Shown piece after piece: positions 55,782 to 64,000 of a stretch of DNA of 64,000 bases (the stretch's first letter is position 1; every line of letters begins with the position of its first letter). The stretch spans positions 1,170 to 65,169 of the forward strand of contig JAFGBL010000296.1 in NCBI GenBank assembly GCA_016933115.1, read 5' to 3'. The DNA comes from Bacteroidales bacterium (GTDB taxonomy: Bacteria > Bacteroidota > Bacteroidia > Bacteroidales > JAADJA01). Under the pieces are notes generated by a model. The model had not been told where the DNA came from. It did no database searches and saw only the letters and a list, made by a program, of their open reading frames with translations. The position numbers were made by a program, and so were the translations under genes.

Positions 55782-56006
55782 TTAATCGAGCACTTTTTTG
55801 CGTGCTTCATAGATTTTCTTGGAACCGTATCCGATTGCCAGTGACAACAGGATCAATAGTCCGCCACCAATGGGTGCTCCACCACCTACAGGGTATGCAC
55901 CTTCTCCGCCATTCCATGCCGGATCCCAGGGTTGTGGCTGTGCTGACAGTATAACCGGAACCAAGATTACAAATGCGATTGCTAATATCTGAATTACTTT
56001 TTTCAT
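55782..56006 (-). CDS. 74-aa mini-protein: signal peptide + Pro/Gly-rich spacer + hydrophobic helix + basic tail
   Basis: MKKVIQILAIAFVILVPVILSAQ | PQPWDPAWNGGEGAYPVGGGAPIGGG | LLILLSLAIGYG | SKKIYEARKKVLD. Confidence 0.55.
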   Translation of the reverse strand: MKKVIQILAIAFVILVPVILSAQPQPWDPAWNGGEGAYPVGGGAPIGGGLLILLSLAIGYGSKKIYEARKKVLD

Positions 56007-56050
56007 ATCTTGTAATTTTTTGATTTCTAAATTATTGAACTACACATTTA

Positions 56051-58234
56051 CTACTTGATAAATACTTTTCCGGTCTTGGCATTGCTTTCGGTTACAACCT
56101 GAACAATATAATAAGTATTTACATCATTAACCGGAAGTGTATTCAGACCCGGATCAGCATCTTTGCTGGTTACTTCCTGTCCCATCATGTTGTATACAAC
56201 AATGGTTCCGGTATTCGGTACAACAACATTAACCTGATTGTCGCTTGCCCAGATACGGATGCTATTGGCTTCGTATTCGATGGTTCCCAATGGAGTAAAG
56301 TGTACCATAAAAGGATGTACTTCGTTAACATCTGAATATTCAAATGTATATGAACCTGAGAGTAAGTCAGTTTGTTCATAGGTAACTAAATCCTCAAGTA
56401 CTACATTTTCGAATGTGCCGGTTTCAATTGCTTCAATGGTATAGGTTCCTGCTGTTCCACAGCTGAATGACATGGGTACCATATCAACTGCCGGTTGGGT
56501 ATTCAATGCAAGTTCTAATCCTTCGCTCATTGTCCAGATTTGAGGAGTTGCATCAATTCCAGCATACAATTTATTAGCATCCCATTCCTTATCCAAACCA
56601 GGTGTTGAAACATCATTGAACCTGATATAAGTGAAGTCAGCATTTGTACGTCCTTCAACAGTTACCTGCAATTTCAGGAAATCAGATGCATCTTTCCACC
56701 ACCACTGGAATGGATCATGAATACGTTCTCCTCCAACTCCGGTAGTTCCTAAAAAGTTCAAATTATCAGATGCAGAAGCCTCTACAAAGAATCCTTGTGC
56801 AGGTGGAATATTAAGTCCACTTCCAACAAATCCGAGTACCCAGGTACTTGATGACCAGCCGTCCCACATATAAACGGTATTGGTAGTCAAACCAGCAGGA
56901 TAAGCAATGAAATCAGGATTTATAGCACTTGGATATGGATTACCTGCAAGGTTCCATCCCGGGAACAGTGCAAAAGGACCTTGTGGGCCACTGTTGAAGG
57001 AAGTTCCAATCATATTGATCACCGGATCAACCGGAACAGCACAATATGCCGGAAATAATTGATCATGTTTAATACTCCAGCCTTCCATCAAACCATTTGC
57101 AACTGGTGGTGCAGGAACACACGGCACAGCACCAACAACCGGGCTATATAACTGTGCAATAGGATCCCATCTGTTAAGATAGAATTGGATCAAATCATTC
57201 GAAGTAAATTCACCTGCCGGTAATGGCGATGAAATAAAATGCCATCCAACCTGGCTTCCTAATGGAGTTGAGTTTGTGATGTCGCGCTGGAATTCAAAAA
57301 TACCTGTTCCTGAAACGCCCATCATGTCAATGAATGAACCTGATTCACCACCGCCTGGAACTGCTATTCCATTACTTGCGATAACGAATGTTCCGTCATT
57401 CTGGAATGTTCCATTAACAGTCAAGTCTGACATATCGGCAATTGTCAGTGAACCACCCGAAATTAACAGGTTAGTTACAGTTGCACTTCCTGACAATATA
57501 CACGGTCCTGCTTTGGTACCCGGGAACTCTACATTGTCAGCCTCTGTAGGTACACCTACCGGAAGCCAGTTTGTAGCTGTGAACCAATCGGTCTCAAAAC
57601 CGGGTGTTCCACCTACCCACATGTAGTCAATGCCACCGCCGGTTGTTATATCAATAGTTGTTAATACATAAAAAACACCAACTGCCGGTGGAGGAGGAGC
57701 TGACATTTCCGTTTCAACGGATAACAACTTCCCACCTGCTAAACCACCCGGTGCCGGTTCCAGTACCGGATTGTCATTTTGCCAGGTGATCTCAATATCA
57801 CCACCCAGATAGGTAAATTTCAAGTCAAAGAATTTAAACGGTGTTACACCACTTTCAAATCCGTAAAAACTCGGATCAAATCCGTAAGCGGCACCGGTTC
57901 CGAAGAATATGCGCAAATCACCGGCTGCCGGTACGTTACTGCTTGGCAGTGATCCGTAGTCAATAAACATCTGGCTATGATTGTGATACCACCTGTTGAA
58001 CGGAGGGCCTGTGCTCACTGCAGTTAATACAGCGGGATCATAGTTAAACCCAAAAATGGCACTCCAGATCGTTGGATCAACTGGCCAAACCAGTTCATCC
58101 AGGTAAACACCTACCAAGAACTGCTCTCCAATCGCTGGTGGAGTGGCAGGCATTTGAAGCCTTAGTGTGGCCGTTTGACCAAATACAATACTCATGCTTA
58201 TGGCCATGGCGAAAATTAAAATAAATTTTTTCAT
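56051..58234 (-). CDS. Secreted protein with N-terminal cohesin-like domain and C-terminal T9SS (Por) sorting domain
   Basis: Signal peptide MKKFILIFAMAISMSIVFGQ; IGEQFLVGVYLDEL...AIFGFNYDPAVLTAV; and the C-terminus ...IVVYNMMGQEVTSK...YYIVQVVTESNAKTGKVFIK, typical of a type A CTD. Confidence 0.7.
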   Translation of the reverse strand: MKKFILIFAMAISMSIVFGQTATLRLQMPATPPAIGEQFLVGVYLDELVWPVDPTIWSAIFGFNYDPAVLTAVSTGPPFNRWYHNHSQMFIDYGSLPSSNVPAAGDLRIFFGTGAAYGFDPSFYGFESGVTPFKFFDLKFTYLGGDIEITWQNDNPVLEPAPGGLAGGKLLSVETEMSAPPPPAVGVFYVLTTIDITTGGGIDYMWVGGTPGFETDWFTATNWLPVGVPTEADNVEFPGTKAGPCILSGSATVTNLLISGGSLTIADMSDLTVNGTFQNDGTFVIASNGIAVPGGGESGSFIDMMGVSGTGIFEFQRDITNSTPLGSQVGWHFISSPLPAGEFTSNDLIQFYLNRWDPIAQLYSPVVGAVPCVPAPPVANGLMEGWSIKHDQLFPAYCAVPVDPVINMIGTSFNSGPQGPFALFPGWNLAGNPYPSAINPDFIAYPAGLTTNTVYMWDGWSSSTWVLGFVGSGLNIPPAQGFFVEASASDNLNFLGTTGVGGERIHDPFQWWWKDASDFLKLQVTVEGRTNADFTYIRFNDVSTPGLDKEWDANKLYAGIDATPQIWTMSEGLELALNTQPAVDMVPMSFSCGTAGTYTIEAIETGTFENVVLEDLVTYEQTDLLSGSYTFEYSDVNEVHPFMVHFTPLGTIEYEANSIRIWASDNQVNVVVPNTGTIVVYNMMGQEVTSKDADPGLNTLPVNDVNTYYIVQVVTESNAKTGKVFIK

Positions 58235-58313
58235 CTGTTTTAATTTTTTGTTATACATTTTATTTAATAAATTCAATTTTTTATTTTTCTAATTCTTAAG
58301 TCAATAATTTCGA

Positions 58314-59345
58314 TTACTGCCAGCTACCTGTAGTATCGCCCGACTGAATACCTTCGAAATCTAACGTACCGATGCCATTGACAACATTAACCGTATGCTG
58401 TTCAAATCTCCAGCCCGGTACAGCCGGGTATCCGCTAAGCGAACCAACCAGGTTACCTACCATCAGGTTATAATCTCCAAGGCTAACGAGACCGTCTCCA
58501 GTAACTTCGCCTGCCAGAAAATACAATCCGGTCAGTGGTGAACCTAATAAATGGCTGACTTCAACATTCACATCACCCAGTGTAGTTACATAGGTATAGG
58601 GCAAGGAACTGGTTGTTGTCAGGATATACATACCATCGTCTATGCCACTGAAATTATAAAATCCGTTAACATCGGTCAAAGCTGTACCAATGGAACCACC
58701 ATCAACCGTACAACTGCTCAATGGCGTTGGATTTGAAATATTGGCATAGGTGATTGTGCCGTACAGCGTGCTCAACTTCAACGTTGAAATAGCGCCTTCG
58801 TATAAAGAAGGATCAGTATATTTCACAGGCTCAACCAGAGAAGTAGACTGGTAGTACTGGCCACCATTCATCAGTGCCTGGTCAAAAGCAATACCGCACA
58901 TTTGGGTATTCATTCCGGGCATAATGTCGATGGTAAATCGTAAGAGTCCTTGAAAGGAGGTGGTTACTTCCTCGTAATAAGTTGATGAACCAACCTCGTC
59001 CATTTCCTCATAAGCCTCGGTAATGACGGCAAATTTGGAAGCGGTATTGTCGGCAGCATTCACAACAAAATACTTGGAAGCATTCATCAGCGTAAGAGGT
59101 GTGTAACTGATCGCACCGTTTGTTACAATATCTGTTCCGAATGCAGTGGTGTTGTAATCGAAATAGACCTGTAAGTCGCGGTGAAATGTACCAGCTGCAC
59201 TGGCCTTTACCTCAACATCGAACTGAAGCTGGGTTCCGGCATTGATTACCTTGTAATTGGCAAATTGCCAAGTTAACGTAGGTTGCGCAGTTACGAACAA
59301 ACTTGTAAAAGTCAGTAATGCGAAGAATGTAAGGAACTTTTTCAT
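58314..59345 (-). CDS. Secreted protein: cohesin-like N-domain + CarboxypepD_reg-like domain + dockerin-like repeat
   Basis: Signal peptide; GTQLQFDVEVKAS...LQVYFDYNTTAFG; TDVNGFYNFSGIDDGMYIL; and GDVNVEVSHLLGSPLTGLYFLAGEVTGDGLVSLGDYNLMVGNLVG. Confidence 0.6.
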   Translation of the reverse strand: MKKFLTFFALLTFTSLFVTAQPTLTWQFANYKVINAGTQLQFDVEVKASAAGTFHRDLQVYFDYNTTAFGTDIVTNGAISYTPLTLMNASKYFVVNAADNTASKFAVITEAYEEMDEVGSSTYYEEVTTSFQGLLRFTIDIMPGMNTQMCGIAFDQALMNGGQYYQSTSLVEPVKYTDPSLYEGAISTLKLSTLYGTITYANISNPTPLSSCTVDGGSIGTALTDVNGFYNFSGIDDGMYILTTTSSLPYTYVTTLGDVNVEVSHLLGSPLTGLYFLAGEVTGDGLVSLGDYNLMVGNLVGSLSGYPAVPGWRFEQHTVNVVNGIGTLDFEGIQSGDTTGSWQ

Positions 59346-59401
59346 CTTTATTTATTTAATTGAATATTTAATTTTACTCTTGGTTCATCGATTAATAATT
59401 G

Positions 59402-59409
59402 CAAATGTA
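59402..59409 (-). promoter_or_regulatory. Candidate -7 box for the 343-aa/741-aa/74-aa unit
   Basis: Reads TACATTTG on the minus strand, 56 nt upstream of ATG 59345. Confidence 0.35.
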
Positions 59410-59457
59410 ACATCTTCGCAAATAATATCCAAATTATTTTACTGTTAATTTTTTGTT

Positions 59458-59495
59458 AAGGATAACACCACCCAATCATAAGCGGTGTTATCCTT
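59458..59495 (-). terminator. Hairpin 13 nt after the stop of the 1492-aa gene
   Basis: A 12-bp perfect stem aaggataacacc/ggtgttatcctt with a 14-nt loop. There is no clear U-tract on the minus strand. Confidence 0.5.
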
Positions 59496-59508
59496 ATAAA
59501 TCATCAAT

Positions 59509-62500
59509 TTATTGAACATTCACCGAATAATCATGTACCTCGCCATAAGAGTTATTTCCGCATGGCAAAGGAGTTTCTGTATAATTCAGCCTAATTCTCA
59601 TTCTTGTCATACCAGTTAAAGCACCTGCAGGAGGAGTGATCGTGCCATTAAATGTTGCATAATCAACCGTAGTAGTTGTAAAAGTTTCACCGGCATCGTC
59701 AAAATCGGCATCCTGATTCCAGTCAACCCAAACAGTTACCTGGTCTCCGGTATAAATTGTTCCATTTACTACAGTTATAGGATATCCTACTCCTATTGTC
59801 ATATTTGTGCTAACAGCCGTATAATCATGATAAGTAGCACCATCGGGTGAATAAGGTCCTGCTGCAATGGTTCCTACATCAACGGTTACAATATATTCAT
59901 CTTCCAATCCTGATCCGGCTGTACAATATGTACCAGAGGGAGTGTCTTCACAAGTAACTGTAAAATAGTAGTCATCCCAATTTGCAGTAGCACCGAAATC
60001 AGGTCCCATGAAAATCCAGTAAACTCCGGGTGCTAAACCGACAGCTGTCATACTACCAACTTCACAAGGTTGTGCAAGATATCCTGTCTCCAAAACAATT
60101 GCTGCACAGTTTCCGGATAAAATGTATCCCTGGATAAGGAACTCGCCTTCAAATTCAACAGTTACATTCTGATTAACAGCAGCTCCCGTAAGATCCAGTT
60201 CGTACCAATCGGTATCGCGGTAAGAACTGCCACTATACAAATAAAATCCAGCGGTACCGCAAACGGTTTCACCACAAGTTACCGAACCAAACACATTGGG
60301 CGTACTGTTACATCCGCCGTTGGTAACATCTTCACCATCATCAGGGATCGGAGCTTCTCCTTCGGCAGTGCTGCCCGGAGGACAGGTTACGGAACATGGT
60401 GCAACTTCAGAAATAGTCAATTCATAATCGCCTGTACTGGAGCTATAACCGTTAACCAGAACGAAATAATCAACACCAGCAGTTGAAACAAATTGAAGAC
60501 CTGATTGCAATCCGCAATAATCATCATTTCCACCTACGCAAACCAGGGCGTCGCAAGCGCCTGAGAAAATATGCAATTTGGTATCCCAGGTTGTATTGGT
60601 ACAAAGGTCAACCACCAATTCGGCGCCGGTACCGGTAAATGTCCACCATTCGCCGGGAGCCGTAATCGAGTAATCACAGAATGGCAAACTACTCCAGATT
60701 AAGCCGTCAGCAGTGTTTCCGGTTACGGAAGTTGGAAGGGTTGATATGTCAATAAAAGGAGCATTATCGCATACCAATCCAGCGGCTGCCGGAGGTACCA
60801 GGTAGTCACCACTTGGATCACCTGAAGAAATTGCTTCAAAATTTTGCGTTTCTTCTCCGGGAGGTACTGGCAGAACCACAGTGAGATCTTCGCCAAAGAA
60901 CCAGTCGGGTGAAGTAAACGCTATATTACCCAACAATGCACTAACAAGCAGGTTGTAATCTGCCAAACCAACATCACCGCTTGCATCAACATCGGCAGCC
61001 AGGAATGGAAGTCCTGTAAGCGGATTTCCAAGCAGGTGTGACACGATCAGGTTAACATCGGCCAGGTTTTCACCACCTCTGGGCTTGATTGTAGAAGCAC
61101 CCAAAGTATAGGTTCCGGCTGGTATACCGGTAAACTGGTAATTTCCAGAACCATCTGTTATAGTTGAAGCAATAATGGCATCTGCACCGTCATCCAAAGT
61201 AACATTAATATAATCCATAGGTATGCCATTATTATAATAGGTAACAGTTCCGTCAAGATCATAGGTCGGGGCAGCGGAATTTATTGTTAAATCAAATGCA
61301 GGGATACAGGTGGGTGATGGCCATGTATCAATCATAATATAATATGTACCGGCTGTTAAAGACAATCCTGTGAAACCATGAGGAGTAGAACCGCTCATAG
61401 TACTGAATGCAATACATGCAGCACCCGGAGGGCATGTTTCATCAATCAGAATCCCGGTCCATGTTGTTCCCAAAGGATCGAGCAATATGTCAACGATTAC
61501 ATCTGATGTTACGGTCAATTCATAAATGATATCTTCACCGCCGTCATAAGAACCAAGGCAGGTTTCGGTATAATCATTGATCATGCCGCAAGTGGTCTGG
61601 CCTGCATCAAGATATGGTAAATCTGCAGGTAAAGTGATCAACAAAGGATCAGCACAGGTAGCGCCCTGCGGGATACTGAATTCAGTAACATCAAAGGTAG
61701 CTACAAAATCTTGTAACGGAAGCTGATAAACAGGTATCCTTATTGTTCCCGGACCGGGTACATCAAACCAATCCATCCGGCCTACGGTTACTCCACCGGG
61801 AGTTCCGCAATCGTAGAATTCATAGAAATCAGCAATAACATATGCGTTACAATCTGAACAATCAGGATAGTAAACAATACCTATAGTAGCTTGATCAGGT
61901 GTGCCACAATAATCTAAACTAACGCTATTAGAAGCATAAGGTAAATCAAGTTCATACCATACTGCTTCCCAATCGAGTACTCCGGGGCAGTCAATGGTAG
62001 CGCCCAATGTTGTACCTAAAACAGTTTCCGGATATCCGGAACCACCAACTAAGATAGCATTAACACATTCGTCATTGGCAGGCACAGGATACCAGACAAA
62101 AGGAGCTGATTTAGCCCAGATACTTAAATCTTTGGTACCGCAATCGGAACGTACTGCCCATTCATAAGATACTGCAGCAGACAAGCCGGTAAGCGTGTAC
62201 TGATAAGGAGGACCAAACGGGAATGAAACGCCATAAGCTGTTCCTGTGAACGGGCCGGTATCAGGATCAAAACCTGTCTCTCCCCATACAATATCATAAA
62301 GTCCGGCACTATTGGCATCAGACCAGCTTGCCAGCGCTGTAGTGCCAGTTAAATTACTGGTCATTAAAGCTGTTGGCGGAGGACATGCCGGAGGTGTGCA
62401 CCATCCTGGCAATCCGGTTGTTCCGGTTGGATTGGGTCCATCACTGAATTGAAGGCCACCGAAGTTGTCATATATTTCATAGGTAACCTCACTGTCCCAA

Positions 62501-63987
62501 CTTCCTGGATTCCATACAATGTCAATAGTACAAGGATCCAGAATAGGGAAAAAGTAGCTTTCGGGCCCGGTTGTAGCGGGGCCTGCCCAGTTTCCAACCA
62601 ATCCACCATCAACATAAAAATCAATAGAACCAAGGTTCCAGCCATCACCGTATGAATCATAGCCTACACATTCCCACATACAATCGCCACCGGTTGTGCC
62701 GAATGTGTTGGGAGCACTCCAACCTGAATAGGAACCGCTGCCGCAATCGGCACGTACCTTCCAATGGTAGGAGGTTAAAGTGGTCAGGCCTGTCATGGTA
62801 TAGGGATTTAAGGTAATTCCGGTATGCGTTGGAGTTCCTGTGAAAGGAACGGAAGCTTCACGTAATTCAATTTCCCATGTAGTAGAAGTGCCTGTTTCGG
62901 TCCATCCCAGGTCGGCTTGTGTGTCCATAATATTGGTTGCACTAAGGCTAACCGGCGTAGAGCATGGATTGGGAGGGCCCAGTTCAACTGCCCACATGGA
63001 GGTATTTTGGGTAATTCCAAAAAGTGACCATTCAGTCGGAAAACCCGGGAATGTACCCGGAGGTGTTATAGCCAAACCACCGGCAATAGTACCGACATGT
63101 CCTAAAGCAGTACCTACATCATAAGCCACGCCTGTTTCAACACCGGTTACTGCGTCCATTTGCACCAACCACTCAAGACTTACATCAATCTGAGCATAAC
63201 CCCAGACAAATGGTCCACCTGTTGAATAATCATCATAGGCGAGTCCATAGTAACTTGCACCAGTTGGGCCAACCGGAAAACTATACTGCAAAGCACCAGT
63301 CAGATCAAAAAAGGTGATAGCGGTTGACCAGTTATTTCCAAAAAGCAAGTTATTGTCATGGTCACAACCAATAGCCCGTATGGCTGTGGGAGCTATAATC
63401 GTACTTACCAGGGCTTCAGAACCCGGGGTAAAGTCCATTTCCCAAACAGTAGTAGTGGCAGCCGCGCCATAAAAATATCCAGTGTTAGGGTTATAAGCCA
63501 TATCCCTTATCAATGAAGTACCTGCTATTGTAAAGGTAGCGAGATAATTACCCGACATATCGTAACGGTAGTAATTACCATTCTGCCAGTGGCAGAGATA
63601 AATGTAATTACCATCCGTTTCAATACCAACACTTAAACCATCAGGATGAGTTAAGGGATATTCAAACTGAAGATCAAATAAGAAATCTGATGGAGGTGCA
63701 GGAGAACCCGATTTAGGGTCCATTTCCGTAGCTACCGATGATTTCATCTGCTTCTGTTGTGTCACTTTTTCAAGTTCAACATCCTTGAAAGTTGCACTGA
63801 CACTCAGGGCAGGACTTTCAATTTTTTGAACATCTTTCTTTACATCAATTTGTTGCTGAATGCCGGCATTCTGCATCTTTTTCTCCAGCATTTTAGCATC
63901 CAATTGCTTGTAATTCGACACATTTTTTTGTGCCTGTACAAAAATAACACTGATGGAGAACACAATCGTCATCATCATCAGTAACAA
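59509..63987 (-). CDS. Giant secreted surface protein: N-terminal propeller-like region, two FN3-like domains, several Cys-rich modules, CarboxypepD_reg + dockerin-like module, C-terminal GEVED domain
   Basis: Signal peptide ...VIFVQAQ; FN3-like LSATNIMDTQADLGWTE... and LTGTTALASWSD...; AADVDASGDVGLADYNLLVSALLG; and the terminal VWVDWNQDADFDD...GEVHDYSVNVQ. The frame stays open (KFTR) to the window edge, so the true start may lie beyond 64000. Confidence 0.7.
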   Translation of the reverse strand: MLLMMMTIVFSISVIFVQAQKNVSNYKQLDAKMLEKKMQNAGIQQQIDVKKDVQKIESPALSVSATFKDVELEKVTQQKQMKSSVATEMDPKSGSPAPPSDFLFDLQFEYPLTHPDGLSVGIETDGNYIYLCHWQNGNYYRYDMSGNYLATFTIAGTSLIRDMAYNPNTGYFYGAAATTTVWEMDFTPGSEALVSTIIAPTAIRAIGCDHDNNLLFGNNWSTAITFFDLTGALQYSFPVGPTGASYYGLAYDDYSTGGPFVWGYAQIDVSLEWLVQMDAVTGVETGVAYDVGTALGHVGTIAGGLAITPPGTFPGFPTEWSLFGITQNTSMWAVELGPPNPCSTPVSLSATNIMDTQADLGWTETGTSTTWEIELREASVPFTGTPTHTGITLNPYTMTGLTTLTSYHWKVRADCGSGSYSGWSAPNTFGTTGGDCMWECVGYDSYGDGWNLGSIDFYVDGGLVGNWAGPATTGPESYFFPILDPCTIDIVWNPGSWDSEVTYEIYDNFGGLQFSDGPNPTGTTGLPGWCTPPACPPPTALMTSNLTGTTALASWSDANSAGLYDIVWGETGFDPDTGPFTGTAYGVSFPFGPPYQYTLTGLSAAVSYEWAVRSDCGTKDLSIWAKSAPFVWYPVPANDECVNAILVGGSGYPETVLGTTLGATIDCPGVLDWEAVWYELDLPYASNSVSLDYCGTPDQATIGIVYYPDCSDCNAYVIADFYEFYDCGTPGGVTVGRMDWFDVPGPGTIRIPVYQLPLQDFVATFDVTEFSIPQGATCADPLLITLPADLPYLDAGQTTCGMINDYTETCLGSYDGGEDIIYELTVTSDVIVDILLDPLGTTWTGILIDETCPPGAACIAFSTMSGSTPHGFTGLSLTAGTYYIMIDTWPSPTCIPAFDLTINSAAPTYDLDGTVTYYNNGIPMDYINVTLDDGADAIIASTITDGSGNYQFTGIPAGTYTLGASTIKPRGGENLADVNLIVSHLLGNPLTGLPFLAADVDASGDVGLADYNLLVSALLGNIAFTSPDWFFGEDLTVVLPVPPGEETQNFEAISSGDPSGDYLVPPAAAGLVCDNAPFIDISTLPTSVTGNTADGLIWSSLPFCDYSITAPGEWWTFTGTGAELVVDLCTNTTWDTKLHIFSGACDALVCVGGNDDYCGLQSGLQFVSTAGVDYFVLVNGYSSSTGDYELTISEVAPCSVTCPPGSTAEGEAPIPDDGEDVTNGGCNSTPNVFGSVTCGETVCGTAGFYLYSGSSYRDTDWYELDLTGAAVNQNVTVEFEGEFLIQGYILSGNCAAIVLETGYLAQPCEVGSMTAVGLAPGVYWIFMGPDFGATANWDDYYFTVTCEDTPSGTYCTAGSGLEDEYIVTVDVGTIAAGPYSPDGATYHDYTAVSTNMTIGVGYPITVVNGTIYTGDQVTVWVDWNQDADFDDAGETFTTTTVDYATFNGTITPPAGALTGMTRMRIRLNYTETPLPCGNNSYGEVHDYSVNVQ

Positions 63988-64000
63988 TCTAGTAAACTTT

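Noticed and set aside
1-64000. Looked for CRISPR arrays, tRNA/rRNA genes, integrases, intact transposases and prophage blocks
   Set aside because: I found no regularly spaced direct repeats, T-loop/anticodon-arm patterns, rRNA-like GC-rich stretches or recombinase motifs by eye. The absence is not proven without tRNAscan, Infernal or CRISPR finders.

Overview
AT-rich chromosomal window that reads as Bacteroidota: gldD/gldE gliding genes, a T9SS C-terminal sorting domain and TAnnTTTG -7 boxes. I support about 55 protein genes. I saw no rRNA, tRNA, CRISPR array or integrase. (1) 6.3-16 kb is an anaerobic sulfur-respiration locus. A tightly coupled 7-gene minus-strand operon encodes a Tat-exported Mo-bisPGD catalytic subunit, a 4Fe-4S subunit, an NrfD/PsrC anchor, a split YeeE/YedE sulfur transporter and two atypical rhodanese-fold proteins. 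It is divergent from a Rieske protein and a cytochrome b6/subunit-IV fused to a 12-heme cytochrome c. mobA and tatC are also in the window. (2) 16-17.7 kb is a decayed accessory islet with a methylase fragment, an intact hicBA pair and a frameshifted PD-(D/E)XK nuclease. (3) 19.5-27.3 kb holds a hybrid sensor kinase and an MscS / 987-aa P-loop ATPase / MscS cluster. (4) 27-53 kb is mostly housekeeping: queA, pssA, tatC, lnt, hflX, trpS, RNase G/E, HU, mutY, ssb, gldE, gldD, purE, hpt and obg. It is interrupted at 43-50 kb by a secreted EEP/LTD nuclease-like protein, a cohesin-like protein and a receiver::PEP/pyruvate-binding protein. (5) 53-55 kb carries REP-like hairpin repeats, a truncated RAYT-type transposase remnant and a 24-unit heptanucleotide tandem repeat. 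(6) 55.8-64 kb is an operon-like block of secreted proteins combining cohesin-like, dockerin-like, T9SS-CTD and GEVED modules. The leads I rank highest are the Cys-less rhodanese pair with a conserved C-terminal ...TAGGC tail, the Rieske/cyt b::dodecaheme module, the T9SS-anchored cohesin/dockerin-like assembly and the ATPase translationally coupled to an MscS channel. All domain calls come from motif reading by eye; no searches were run.
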